A DNA stretch of 64,000 nucleotides from Camelus dromedarius (Eukaryota), in assembly GCF_036321535.1 (NCBI RefSeq), contig NC_087437.1, positions 56,670,001-56,734,000 on the forward strand. The letters are read 5' to 3'. This document shows, piece after piece, positions 12,875-26,630 of this stretch. A model generated the notes under the pieces. The model was not told the origin of the DNA. It ran no database searches and saw only the letters and a list, made by a program, of their open reading frames with translations. How positions within the stretch are numbered: position 1 is the stretch's first letter; every line of letters begins with the position of its first letter. A program made the translations under genes and the position numbers.

Positions 12875-14395
12875 CTGTATTGAGGTTTATTGAGGTATAA
12901 TTGACATACAATAACTGGACATAAGGTATACAATTCGATAAGTTTTGACATTTGTATAAACCTATGAAACCATCACCACAGCCAAGTTAGTGAACATCTG
13001 CATCACCATCGGAAGCTTCCGCATTTGTCATCCCCCCATTGTAATCCCCTGTCACTACTGCCCATGCATTCCCGAAGCAGTGACTCATTGTCTCTACAGA
13101 TTCATTTGCATTTTCTAGAATTTTTGTATTAATGGGATAACAGAGTATATATTCTTTTTTGATCTGACTTCTTTCTTCTGTTATTCTTTGTCATTTTTAT
13201 TATTATGTAATATTCCACTAATATTATAAATCTACATACTACAATTTGTTTACAAATGCATCTGTTGTTGGGTATATAGTTGTCTTGTGGAATATTGATA
13301 CAAGCAGAATGGAAATATGATACAAGCAGGATGACCTGTTAGGTGTCTGTTTAACGTTTCAAGAAAATGCCACGGTGCTTTACAAAGTGATTTCAGCACT
13401 TTATCTTCCCACCAGAATTTATTAGAGTTCCGGTTACTATATACCTTTGCTATCAAACAGTATGGTAGGTATTTTAATAGGTATGCAATGTATCTCATTG
13501 TGGTTTTAATTTGCATTTCCTTAATGGCTAACAATGCTGAACATCTTTTCAAGTGCTTATTTACCAGTCATACATCTTATGATGAACTGCTTGTTCAAAT
13601 GTATTGCCCATTTTTAAATTGGGTGTTTCTTTCCTCATTTTTGAATTTAGAAGATTCTTTGTATATTCAGCATACAAATCCTTCATCAAATATGTGACTT
13701 CCAAACATTTTCTCACTGTCAGTGGGTTGTCTTTTAATTTTCTTAACAGTCTCTTTTGGAGAACCTAAGTTCTCAATTTGAAGAAATCTCTCATTACTGT
13801 TTTTTTTTCCTTTTATAGATGATGCCCTTGGTGCTGTAACTAAGAAAACACCCAGGTCACAAGGATTTTCTCATAATTTTCCTTCTAGAAATTTTATAAT
13901 TTTAAGTTATACTTTAGGTCTATGACCCACTTTGTGATAATTTTTTGTACATGTTGTTAGACATGGATTTAGCTTTATTGTTCTGCATATGAATATCCAG
14001 TTGTTCCAAAGCCATTGCTAAAAAGATTGTCATTTCACCATTGAATAGTCTTTGCAATTTTGTGAATTATCAGTCACCTATATATCTATATGTAGGTTTA
14101 CTTTGGGACTCTATTCCGTCCCATTGACCCATCTGTCTGTCTTGGTGTCACCTTTACACTATCTTGATTTTTGTATCCTTATGATGTCATAAAGTCTAGT
14201 AGTGTAAGTCCTCCACTTTATTGTTATTTTTTAAAGTTGATTTTTGGCTATTCTAAGTCCTTTGCATTTCCATATGAATTTTAAAATCAGATTGTCGCTT
14301 TCCACCAAAAAAAGCCTGCTGGCATTTTGGTCTTCCAATCCACGAACTCAATATATCTCTCCAATTACTTAAGCTCCATTCATTACTTATTTTAG
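12875..14395 (-). mobile_element. Old L1M (L1MC/MD-like) 3' portion
   Basis: TTTATTGAGGTATAATTGACATAC 3' end; ORF 13250-13552 (MKRCSALLAIKEMQIKTTMRY) is L1 ORF2 C-terminal sequence. Confidence 0.9.
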
Positions 14396-17054
14396 CCATA
14401 AAAAAAAACTGAAAGAATATATGACCAGCAGACACACAAAACAAAACCGTGAGGGGAGTGCTTCACACCAGAAAGAAAAGTGTCCTAGGTGGGGGTCTAG
14501 ATCTACATGTGGAATGGCACCCCCCCAAATGATAACTACTTAGCTAAATGTAATATTTTAATTAAAATCTCTTAAAAGGTAATTGACAAAGTTAATTTTA
14601 AAACGGCACAAAAGCCTCAACAGGAGAAAAGGAAGTATGCTGTCATAAGGTTCTCAGACTATATGGAAGTTGTATGCTGTCACATGGAAGTCATATAAAT
14701 CACAGCAAACCAACGATGACTCAAATGGCCAAAATTTTATTATCTCCCTCTGAAGATCCTATTCAAAATTCTTTGTCATTCAGAAAGGATGTTTCCAAAC
14801 CCAGATACACCATTACCTGGCAAAGTATACACACAGAGAAGCTACCTAGTCTCTCTGAACCTTACTTTTTTTACTGGTTGCTCAAGAACATTAGAATGAA
14901 ATAATATATTGGGTATTGCTTAATGCTTGGTCTCTAGTTGTACTCAGTAAACTACAGTTATTATTATCAATGACAATAACAATAACAGGTAAGTATATCA
15001 AGCTTGAATTGTCAGTACCCTTTAATCCAGCACCCAGCGTTTTCTTCCCCTCATTCCATAATTCTACAGCAAGAGAAAGTGAAACATACAAACCAATATC
15101 TCCGTCCTGTTCAAATTTGCCATTTGCTTTAAAATGTATAGTTCTGAATGTGCTTATGGTATCTTCGATGTGTATTTATCATCTAATACACTAAATAAAT
15201 TTCCTTCAGAATAATAATTAATTAAATGTATTGTCCTTTGATCAAGACAGTATGTCTAATCTACTATCAGAAATGCTCACACTTTGAATTATTGCCATGG
15301 TTTTTTGCCACAAAAACATCACTGTCTTAACTAGCTTACGTTTTGGATTGTAAGATTTGGGAGAAGCAGCAGTCACCTTTACAGAGGTCAAATCTGTAAC
15401 ATGGAATTTTCAGTACCACGAAATGTCTAAATACATTCTCTCAGTGATAATTATACTTTCTAGAAAGTTTCCGCTCTTGACTTCAACTTCTACAGGCTGA
15501 TGGTAAAACGTATGTGTCAACTTGACTTAAATATCTGAGTCTTAGTCTTTGCTGGTGTTTTCCTCGTCTGAAAAGCTTTAACACATAAGATGGTTGTGAA
15601 GAAGTGTAATATAAGCAAAAGGAGCTCTCCTCCAGAAAATTTTACATTTTGAACATTTTTAAGAATCATCCCAACTTTTAGTTACTGAATTCATAAGCTT
15701 TTAAAAAAAAAAAAAACGTTGAAAAGAAACATTTACCCACACGGAAAGCATCATAGGAATATAAATGCCCCAAGTGCCCATACTTTCTGAGGGGTTACTA
15801 CATATAAAATGACAACATTCTGCAAGTATAGGTCAGACTCCCTCATGCCTCTCTTGCAAAAGTTTTGACTTGGGATTCAACTTTAAGAGTTATAAGAGGC
15901 AACATACTTTCTAAATTCCAGCTAAGTAAATTATAATTACAGTCCAGATTCCAATTAGGAAATTTCAGCATTGCTAAGCTGAGGAATGAAGCTTAAAGAT
16001 ACAATTAATATGAGCTTATATTAAAGGCTTTAGTGGAATTAATAAACTCTATGACAATAGATTATTACTCAATCTTGAACCCAGACAACAGGCTCTTGCT
16101 GTCAAAAACTAGCAAAGCAGCCTACTTTCTATTTGCTGCTTTTAATAGTGGTATTTTATCAAATAAAACCCTGTAACCAATGTAATTATGAAGGACTTGG
16201 ATAATTTTAATGGAAAATAAAGAAAAAAAGCACTTGGAATCCCACAGATTAAAGTTTCCATTTAACCCTCAAATATGAATAATGCAAGTACTAATTCTGA
16301 AGTAAGTCATACGAAGGAAAGGATGATGGAAAAGGCAAACGAGAGTAAGGGTAGAAGATGCTTGTCTTCAGGAAGACTAAGAAGATACAGACATAGAGAG
16401 GCATTCAGAGCACCAGAAATAAAGACTGAATTTCAGTTGGAAAGGCAAACATAATGTGTTGGTTACTTCTTTACCTGGGTCATTTCTTACCAATATAGGG
16501 ATAAACTGGTTGATGCATTGAGAGGTTCCACTCAGTGATTTATTTTTTGACAGAATTAATCCAAGCAATTATTTGACACAAATTCCAGCAAAGATCTGCC
16601 TTTATAAAAGCCCCAGCATTCTCAGTATTTCTGGCATTAATAAAATTATATTTTTTTCTTACCCCCAAAACTGTCTTTCTCTGTGTATCCATTAACAAAT
16701 GTAGCAGGCATATTGTTCAGTTGGACAATATCTTAATTATCAGTTAGACAATTAAAGATATTTATTTCCCATACTGCCTGTTAAATAACAATTTATGTTG
16801 CACTTCTTGTTGAATTTCCCATTCCCAAGCACTGAAAAAACATTCACTCCTTAGGAATTGCACTTTCAGGAGTAATTGGGTATGTTTTAAAAATCCTATT
16901 TACTTGTGAGTCCTTTGAAAGTAAGGCAAATACATAAAGTAAGCTAGAACCAAAGTCTTTTTCCCTCCCTTCGCTCTCCTTGCCCAGCCCCCAGTTCCCT
17001 ACTCCTGCACAAGTACCAACAAATTCAAAAGCCCTGGGCCAGGAGTATGCTTCT

Positions 17055-17812
17055 CATCCTAGTTTGAGTTACTACAAAAGCAAAATCTCAGATAAAGATT
17101 TAAGTGAAAAGGGGAGGTGAAGGAAACATTGATATAGAAGTGAGACAGGAAAAAGACAGCAGCCAACGAAGCATAGCTCTCCAAGCTCGGTGCAGGCAGT
17201 CCCAGTGGGGAAACAGAATCAACATTGAACACACACCTCAGTTATCCCTCTCAAGGGACGGGCTCAAACTGATGTAATGTAATAACAAGACTTGTGGCTT
17301 AAACATCACACGTCTATTTTTTGCAGTTTTGGAGGCTGGGGAGTCCAAGGTCAAGGTTCAGGCAGGGTTCAGTTTCTGGCGAGAGCTCTCTTCCTGGCTT
17401 GCAGATGGTCAGCGTGTCTTCACATGGCCTTTCCTCTGAGCACAAGCTGAGAGAGATTTCTGGTGTCTCTTCCTCTTTTTGTAAAGAGCACCATTTTGTC
17501 AGACTCGGTCCCCACACTTGTGACCTCATTTAATGTCTATCCCCTCCACACAGGTCCCATTTTCAAAAAACCATCACAATGGCAGTTAAGGCTTCACCAC
17601 ACGAATTTTGAAAGGATACAAACATGCAACCCACATGAGGATCTGGAGTATTCATCCAGGAAATTCCCATCACTTCTGGCACTTCTGGACAACCACATGG
17701 GCAAACAAATAATTTAGTCCTCTGATAATGGTGTGTACATTCTAAAGGTGGGGCAGGTATACACTGAAGTGGTAAAGATAAGGGAACATGAGCGAGATGT
17801 CAACAGCAACCG
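17055..17812 (-). mobile_element. ERV-L LTR33-like solo LTR split by an MLT1 insertion
   Basis: AAGTGAGACAGGAAAAAG..AGCCAA and ACACCTCAGTTATCCC left of the insert; GAGGATCTGGAGTATTCATCCA right of it; collinear with recalled LTR33. Confidence 0.6.
17262..17633 (-). mobile_element. MaLR LTR (MLT1A/B-like)
   Basis: GGCTTAAACA..CAGTTTTGGAGGCTGGGAGTCCAAGGTCAAGG..CTCTTCCTGGCTTGCAGATGG..TCACATGGCCTT. Confidence 0.85.
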
Positions 17813-18384
17813 CTTTACCTCTTTAATTCATACTTTCTGAATAGCCTTCTATAAATCGCCTATTTAAATGAACTTAGTTACGCAGCTGGGAACTCAGAAA
17901 TTCTGCCTTCACTTCAAATCACCAGTGGAAATGTGTATCAAGGATCACTTTATACTGAATTAGTTTATTTTATAATTTTATTTTTCTTATTACTAGTGCT
18001 TTCTTCCTATGGTATCAAAATGAGATAAGCATGGCTCCTAGAATCTAGAATCATTTTCAAATTTTGATTTCTTTACAAGGAAATAGAAAATTGTTTTTAT
18101 TTACCCATATTTTCAAAGTGCATCTTAATTTTTATTGTAATTTTATTGCTTTCTATATTGAATTTCCCAACATTTTAAGGATCAAAACTATCGTTTTGAG
18201 CCCTGTACCTCAGCTTCTTGCTCCTGGGTAATACGATCCTTTGTAACTATGGATGTTTGCCAATTTTTATTTTTAAAATTCCCAGGAAGAAATGTTAAGT
18301 TAGCAATATAAATGTATTTACTCTCCTTCTTGAGACTACATGAAAATAACAATGTGTTTTATGTATATAGAAACAGTATGTGTT

Positions 18385-18400
18385 GATAGATAGATAGACG

Positions 18401-18468
<68 letters not shown>
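18385..18468. repeat. (GATA)n tetranucleotide microsatellite
   Basis: Direct reading; one GACG interruption near the left end, followed by a short (TAGC) run. Confidence 0.98.
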
Positions 18469-18469
<1 letters not shown>

Positions 18470-21249
18470 GTAGCTAGCTAGCTCCCCAACATAATAGAAA
18501 AGTTAGGGTCATTAGCAAATGATATATTTTAACAGATTTCTGAATAATAAAAAGCAGACAGAGGAGTAGTCATAGATGTCATGGGAAATTGGGAACAAAA
18601 GGTTAAATTGCACAGAAGAGTTTGCCTCACACACAGAAGGCAATGGCAGCAAGAAGATCACTTTTTAATGCAGAATCTGATAGTTTCGGGATTCACAGGG
18701 AGTTGATGGGAAACACATTTGGATGGAAAGTTTGGATGAAGTTAAGGATATATATCTTGGATATAATGCAATGAAACAAACCAAATAGAATTTAAAATAC
18801 TAGCATCAAGGCTGTGACTAGTGCTCTGCATGATTTGTACTCATATAATCAAAGTAATGTGAGCATTCTATTGACATACCACTTTTAAAATTAACCTACA
18901 GACATGAAGGTGAAAACGTTCTATATTACACAGGATGCAAGGGTTACCAAACCAGAGAGGGCAGGACTTCAGGAGTGGAAAATTGGGCAGACGACCAGAA
19001 GTAGAGGGATGCTGGTATCCTCAGTTCACAGAGTGGGGACACTCCATTTGTGTTGACAGAAAAGAATAAATGAGTGTGGGACTTAATAAGAAATACAGTC
19101 TTTAATACAATTCCACAACGCCATATCTATTAATTCCAAAACGCTAAGAGCTCTGCAAATCAGAAGTTTGTTTTCCTCTAAATCAATTGGTTGCAAAATT
19201 TTACCTGATCTTAACTCACTTGGTGACAAAATGTGAACAAAATAACGTGAAGCTATTATAGCTTTTGTTTATCACATTTGTTGTGGATAACTATACTTTT
19301 TGCTATAGAAATATTAGAAGATTTTTATTGTAGAATCTGCTCTAGACTCTGCAAGGAGCATCATAGAATATATAATAGCAATAAAATAATAATTGTCTTG
19401 AAACTGAAAAATTCTGAGTTCCAAAAGGCTTATGATCCCAAGGGTTTTGAATAAGAGGATAAACAGGTGTTTAAAAAGTAAAGATATATATGGTAATAAC
19501 AAATGCCAAATATAAGAGGTGATTACATTTGGGGGGAAAATAAAGAGAATGTGATTAGAAGGTTTATACAGAAGACCTTGCTGTATTGTCAATATTTTAT
19601 TTATTAAGCTAGGGAGTAGTCAAAGATGTATTTGTTATACTAATTTATTCTCTCTTTTCCATATCTTTAATAGTTCATAATGATAAAAAAAAGCCAAAAG
19701 AGAAATTAATATAATGATATAGCCATATTGGAAGTGCAATGGAAAGGGGATAAGAAGGCAGTTTAAATGTGGTGAATATTTTTTGGTCCTAGCAGGATGA
19801 CGATCAACAATGAAAACACTTTCATAAATCAAAGAGCCATTGGACATGCACATTATTTAGAGATAGTGAGGTAATTCATATAATTTAATTTATTATTAAT
19901 GAATTAATTAATATTAATATAATAAACAACTAAAATAAGCTAGAAGTCATTGCCTTTAGGTATTTGGAGTGGGACTGGGACAGAGTACTGCAGCTTTTAA
20001 ACATGTCTGCGTGTTACTTTAAGAATCAGTGAACACTGATTCATTTTAAAGCAATTGCATGGATGAATAACACCAGTTTTAATAACGCACAATTTCCGCT
20101 CTAATACAATAAAATGGAGTCTATTAGAGAGTTACTGCGATTTAAGAAAAAATATTACTATAAGAATAAAATGAGGTAGTGAATGAGAAATTACCACATA
20201 ACCTATAAATCATTATATATGTATAGATATATAAGTATATATTCTAGAAAATAGGATATTTGCAAATAAAATGCAAATTCCTCCCACTTACTAAAATGTA
20301 AGTGCCTTCGATGTAGAAACACTCTTTAATATATTCTATGAAATTTATATAATCCCAGTTACCACTAAATTTTACTAAAAATACATATAGATATTACCAA
20401 ACACTACCACAGAGCCTTTTGGTGCTGGATACATCTTTCTAACTCTTGTCGATGTTGCTATCCTTTTCAACTTCTTCCAAATCATCACTGCCAGGTTTAC
20501 TGCCTTCTCATTCATAAAATCTTTAGCAGAGTTATCATTCATTTGAACTTTATATTTCAGGGACCCTCTGTGTTATAATTTCAAAAGAAAATTATACACA
20601 AAATTAGGTATCATACATACCATTCTTCATTGTCCCCCTCGGCACATCCTAGTATTTTTCTCCTTTATGCCTCAGTGCTTCATATGTCATTGACCTGGAC
20701 TCACTCTATTTCCCTCCATTTCTTCTTATCCAAAAAGTCCAAGGCCCAGCTCAAACGTCTTGCTTGATCACTCTAAGACATTTTTTGGACGTTTGTTCCA
20801 ATATGAAACAGAGAGAAGAAAACCAGAGTTGGTCTCTGAGGTCCATGCCCCAAAGTATCCACAATTAAGTAGGTGTTAGAGGATAATTATGTGGTATCAC
20901 TTATTGGCTCACTCATTCATTCAGTCAGTCATTCAGGCAACAAATATCTCAGAGCAACTGCTATGGGCCAGGAGTAACAATATTTCACTTCTCATGTTTC
21001 CATAAAGAAAATAGAATACACCTCACTGCGGAAACAGCCAATTCCCATTACTAGGGTCAGATCACAGAGCCATAAAAATGGTAAATACTTTAATTCTAAA
21101 ATTCAGCTACGCTCTGTCAGAAGATGAGATGGAGTGCATTGACACTAAAGGCCACAAGTCTCAGAAAAAGGAAGATGGTGCTGTACTTTGACCATGGGGC
21201 ACAGACTTGACCTTCCTGATCAATTCTTTTCCTCTCTGGAGATATTTTT

Positions 21250-21400
21250 CAATTGTGGGCGAAAATACTTAGCAGGAAAATTATCCTCTTAACAAACTTT
21301 TAAGTGTACAATACCGTATTGTTAACTCTAGGCATAATGTTGTACAGCAGAACTCTACAATTTAATCATCTTGCTTAACAGAAAATGGATACCTGTGGAA
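21250..21400 (-). mobile_element. L1 3' end fragment
   Basis: CTCTTAACAAACTTTTAAGTGTACAATACCGTATTGTTAACT...TGTTGTACAGCAGAACTCTA. Confidence 0.7.
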
Positions 21401-21872
21401 TATGTTCAAGTTCTTGAAGATCTTTGAGCTCAAGGGCAAGTCGGTGGCATCAAAATGGTTAAGTATTAAAACAAAATAGCAGTTTTCTGGGAATGTTCCT
21501 TCTGAGTAATCACATTCAGTAATAGTTGTGAATATCATAGGAAGATACATTCACTTCATCTATGAATTATACAATAGCTAGTACTATCCTGTTTATCTGT
21601 TTCTTACAATAGTTGTTGGGAATGTTACACTGTATGTATTAGGTCCTAAATTAATTCTTTCCTCAATGGAAGGAAAAAAGATAAATAAAATATTCCTTTT
21701 CTGTGTCTTAAAGTGCACATTCCAAATCTGGTTTTATTTCCTATAATAATCCATTGAAACAGGGATACTGGTGAAGATTTGAAGTTGCTATAAATAATTT
21801 CAAATAATCTAATTAAGAGATATCTGTTTTGTGGAGGGGCATGGTCATTTTAATTCAGCTTTCTCTCTCTCT

Positions 21873-22340
21873 CTTTTTTTTTTTTTTTTTTTGTTTCTCT
21901 TCAATTTTTATTGAGATATAACTGACATTCAGCATATATGTTTAAGGTGTACAAATAATGATTTGACTCACATACATCATGAAATGATTATCATGATAGT
22001 GGACATCCATTAGGGGAGGGTATCGTGCAAGTGGTAGAGTGCACGTTTAGCATGCATGAGTCCCTGGATTCAATCCACAGTACTTCCTATAAAAAATAAA
22101 TAAATAAACCTAATTACCCCCTAAAAAAACCAGTGGACATCCATCAACTCATGTAGATACATAATTAAAGAAATAGAAAAAATTTCCTTGTGATGAGATT
22201 TATTCTCAAAATGTTCATATATAACATAGAGCAGTATTTATTATATTTATCATGTTGGTACATTACCTTCCTAGTACTTATTTGTCTTATAACTAGAAGT
22301 TTGTACTTTTTTAATGCCTTCATCCATTCCCCCTCTCCCC
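21873..22340 (-). mobile_element. L1MA-like 3' end hosting the SINE at 22013-22131
   Basis: Poly-T tail, TTTTATTGAGATATAACTGACA, then CTTATAACTAGAAGTTTGTAC; sequence is continuous once the SINE and one TSD are removed. Confidence 0.8.
22013..22131 (+). mobile_element. tRNA-derived SINE, camelid vic-1-like
   Basis: GGGGAGGGTA start, degenerate Pol III A box (AAGTGGTAGAG) and B box (GGATTCAATCC), A-rich linker plus AAACCTAATTA tail. 13-bp TSD AGTGGACATCCAT at 21998-22010 and 22132-22144. Confidence 0.9.
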
Positions 22341-23670
22341 TCTCTTTCCTCTTTGAACATTTTATGTCTTTGACTTTTCTCTTCAATATTTAAAGAATCA
22401 CAGCAATGTTCTGGCTTTTTAATGAATAAGTGTAAATAAATTAATTGCTTTATTTTCATGATTAAGAAACAAAAGACTATATATAAGCAGATCCTTTGGT
22501 CTAGTTTATCTTTGTAAGTGCCTTAATTTTAAACCTGTGAATACAAAAAAATACCAAACCTTTACATTACCATAGATGGACAGATGACAAATTAAATAGT
22601 TGATAGATAGAAAGATAGACATGGGAAGGAAGGAAGTATGAAGGAGGAAGGAAGGAAGAAAGGAAGAAAGGAGGAGGGGAGAGCAGAAAATACTAACACC
22701 CATCACTCAATCACTCTACCAAGATTTCTTATTTAAATTTTAGTACCTAATGGTCCCCACGTCTTAGTATTCTCAAGCATCAAGTTATTTCCCATTTTCT
22801 CCTAATTTTGCTATTTTATCCACAGGACTACTATCTAACCCCAGTCTTCTTCTGACTATATATCAGAGCACTCACTTTCACAGTCCTACCTTTAGAATCG
22901 GTCCATACCCTTTTCTAACACAGCTGATCTGGAGAAATTTCTCTCTGCATAATTTTAAACTCTCATTGCCTACATATCACATTTTTAAGGAACACTTGAA
23001 TAGTTATTTTAACACAAGAGGCTATATTCAATATCTTGTAGTAAACTATAATGAAAAAGAATATATATATATGTATATAAAAGAAGCTATATAAAGGAAT
23101 ATCTCATAATAACTATATATATTATATAAATAACTATGTGTTAAATTTACTCCTGCATGAACAGCTCTATATAATCACCAAAGTGTACAAAGTGCAGATA
23201 GTTTATCATGTAGCATCTGATGGCTGCCCTTATGCTGCAAAGGGTGCTTTCAGAAATAATTCCTGCCACATTCCTGACTGTATTTGCAGCCGGCGTTGAT
23301 CCCCTTCCCTGCTGTTCTCTGATCTGCCCCTGGGTTACTAACAGCCCCAACAGACAGACTGGCTCGTGCTGCCTGCTGCTCAGACACAGATTAACTCACT
23401 ACCAGCCATATGGGCTAGGGACTTCATAAATTCCTCTCCTTTTGCTTTTGGCTCTTAGGAAAGTTAATGGGTAGTTTTCTGATGGAGAGAAAAACAAGCT
23501 GGTGGTGTGCAGGCTGGGCAGTAATCACTTGCATCGGACACAACTGGCACCTCCATCTGCCTTTCGGCAGCTATTTGTGTGAAGGGCATGGATTACTGCC
23601 TTTGGGGCTGCTCCTGTGTGTCAGCCACCGCCATTTGCCTCAGTTAGGAAGTCAAATGATTAAACACCTA

Positions 23671-23770
23671 ATTCATATTATGTATTACCTGCAATGATTA
23701 CTGAATGCACCCATGGTTAAATACATATTATGTATTACCTGCAATGATTACTGAATGCACCCATGGTTAA
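23671..23770. repeat. 50-bp tandem duplication (2 copies, 1 mismatch)
   Basis: 23671-23720 and 23721-23770 differ only at their third base (T vs A). Confidence 0.97.
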
Positions 23771-25374
23771 AGAGGGTCTCAAAATGTTTCTAGAGTTTAA
23801 AAATATATGTTATTTTGATCTAGTTTTGCAAGTGTATTCAAACACCTATGCTTATTTTAAATGTAGTAAATAAATGCTCTAACAGACAATGTAGTGAAGC
23901 TGAAAGATCATAGTCTCTAAGTTTTCTGGTTTCAGTTCATTGTGACTTAGCTCCCTCTCTGTGCTTCAATTCCCTCTGAAATATCTAAATTTGTCAAAAT
24001 ATGTTGTAAACTATACCAAAGTACAATTATAAGATACTTTTGTTTAATCATAAAATATTGTTGTTAAATATTGGCTTTTTGTAATTCAAAAACAGAGGAT
24101 ATCAGAGAACCTTTATTTTAAACATGGAAAGTATTTTTCATTAGCAAGGGATCAATAGTATGATCATAATGTTGACAAATCCAGGTGTTTAGCATCATTC
24201 TTCAACTCATCTTGATACCTGCTCCTCCCAAAATAGCCTTTATTGATTTTACAGACAGAATAATGGAAATCAAATAATTGGCTTTTGAATTAATAACCAA
24301 CTTAAAATGTTTTATTTTATGAAAAGTTCTTTCCACTCTAGAGGTGTAACTTTCTCAACCTTTTGATAATGTAATGTACTATAAACCAAGACATTTAATA
24401 TTTAGTCATTTTGTAAGGAGATAATTTGGAATATAAATAATTAATTATTTTTAATAGTTGTCTTTCCCTCATTAAATCTCTGATTTCTTAAGCTTAGAAT
24501 CCCCTGAAGGAATTTTAAATAAAAAATTCTGTTCTATTACTAAAATAAACTATCAGCTTGAATATTTTTGCATGGAAATATGATATGTAAAACTGTGTTT
24601 TAAATTTTTTTTAATGTTTTATTTTGTTGTTTTCCTTGAATTTGCTGGTTATTAAGGCTTTGTGGAAGTAACATTAATATTAATTTAAATTCATTTCTGT
24701 AAGCAAAGGCAATATTATAATATTAAAACATTATCATTTTATTTGTTATATGTAATTTTTCTATATTATGTGTTGTGTGATGTTTATTTGACTGTATGCA
24801 GGTATGTGCACACATGTGTGTGTGTCTTTAATAATATATTTTTGGCCAGTTGCACAGCACTTTAAAAAACTGGTATGTACTCAAAGTAAATCATGCATTC
24901 TTTCTAATGGGAATGTATTTTACTATTTTTCATGCTGTTTATTTTTAAATATTTAATAAAGATGGAGAGCACCATCTTAATTAACTTTGTATACCACTAT
25001 CTATCAGATTTTCATATTATTATTTATAATATAAATCTTTAGTTGTTGAACGAGTGAATGGGAACAACCAAGAACAAAGGAGACTTTTGTGTCCTCTTCC
25101 TATTATAATATGAAGAGTTATTATACTTGCTTGGAACATTACAAATTAGAGCAAGTGAATAAATTAGTGAGAGAATAAATGAACTGTAAATGCCTATGAG
25201 GGACAAACCATAGCTAATATTATGACCAGTCACCCCAGCTAAAATTTATTGGGTCCAGTATTTATTTTAAACTATATGTATTTCTACTAAATTGCAAGAA
25301 GATTTTGGTTAAAATTTGAAATTGGCCATTGACTATATGTTGTTTTTAAGTAATATTAATGTTCAAAAATAGTC

Positions 25375-26630
25375 CACAACTTCTTGTTGGACAAGATTGA
25401 ATGTACCCTTTTCTCTCTGCTTCTCCCTAAAAAGTCCAACCATAAACCTTGCAAATAATGTAAAATGCAACCAAAGGGGAGTGCTGAAAGATGGAACAGG
25501 AAAGACAAATAACTTGATACCTCAGAATGGGTGGAGAAACTTGACACACACACACACTCAGACAGACACACACTCATAAGTGGACCCAGGAGTTTCCCAG
25601 CCCCTAATGGTGCAATAGAATGCAGCCCAAGTCGGCTCATTCCTTTCCCTGATTGAACGGGAGTTCAGTGACATCACCATCTTAGCATGGGATCCCCGGT
25701 AACAATAAGCAGCAAGGGGAATCATTCTTCTAAGACAAGTCTGAGACTCTCCTCTACCAGGAGATACTGGACAGCTGGGCAGCAATAGCAAAAGGGATGC
25801 TGACACCATAAACAACACAACCAGGGAAGCCCTTTTAGTCCTGTGGGCTCAAGACCCCCTTTTTAAAATAAGAGTGATGTGCTCAGTTGGGCAGCACCAG
25901 CAAATGGAACCCTGACAGAATAAGCAGCGAATAAGCACCCAAACCCAGAAAGCTTCTTTGTTCCTGAGAGTCACTCCCCTGCTCAGAGACAACGGGGTAG
26001 GAGAAGAGGAGAGCTGGATGGGGGAAGTCCCACCACAACAGTGTTTTTGTCCCCCACCGCCCCCAACACACACAGGAAATCCCACTATAACAAACTCCTG
26101 ATAGCAAAAACCTCTTCACTCCAGGAAGGCTTAAGACTTCCCTTCCTCACTGAGAGACACTTAGTTCTGGTGGGGAAACATCTTCTGCCTTCCTAAGGCA
26201 ACAACCACAGGAACCTGTGGGAGCCCCAGCAGTACCAGATAAACCTAGCAGATCAAAATAGCACTGCAAAGGCTCCGAAATTTAAACCATCAGAGAAACA
26301 AGAGCCCACAAAAGAATTCCAGGACATGGCTGTTAAATCTAAACAGAGTGACTATCTGTTAGATTAAAAGATTTTAGAAAACTTAGAGTCTGCGAACATA
26401 ACAGACAAAATATAAAGGATACAGTTGAAAGGCATCCATTCATATTAAGAACCAAGAAAATCTCAACTTGAATGTAAAAAAATCAACTGACACCAACACC
26501 AGGATAAATCAGGTGTTGGAAATCTATGACAAGAATTTTTGAGCATTTGTCATAAAAATGCTTAGAACAATAATCATTACACATTCTCTTGAAAAAAATG
26601 AAAAAACAGAAAATTTCAGCAAAGGAAGAA
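25375..26630 (+). mobile_element. Old L1M 5' region (5'UTR into start of ORF1)
   Basis: GC-richer UTR-like segment followed by an A-rich ORF1-like start (CAGGTGTTGGAAATCTATGACAAGAATTTT...ATAAAAATGCTT...CTTGAAAAAAATGAAAAAACAGAAAAT). Confidence 0.6.

Noticed and set aside
15498..15528. Short MLT2-like start (TGATGGTAAAACGTATGTGTCAACTTGACT)
   Set aside because: Only ~30 bp of similarity to the LTR at 27106; too short to call an element or a paired LTR.
23780..25370. Very AT-rich stretch as a matrix attachment region, NUMT or transposase remnant
   Set aside because: No recognisable mitochondrial gene, transposase motif or terminal repeats; AT richness alone is not evidence.
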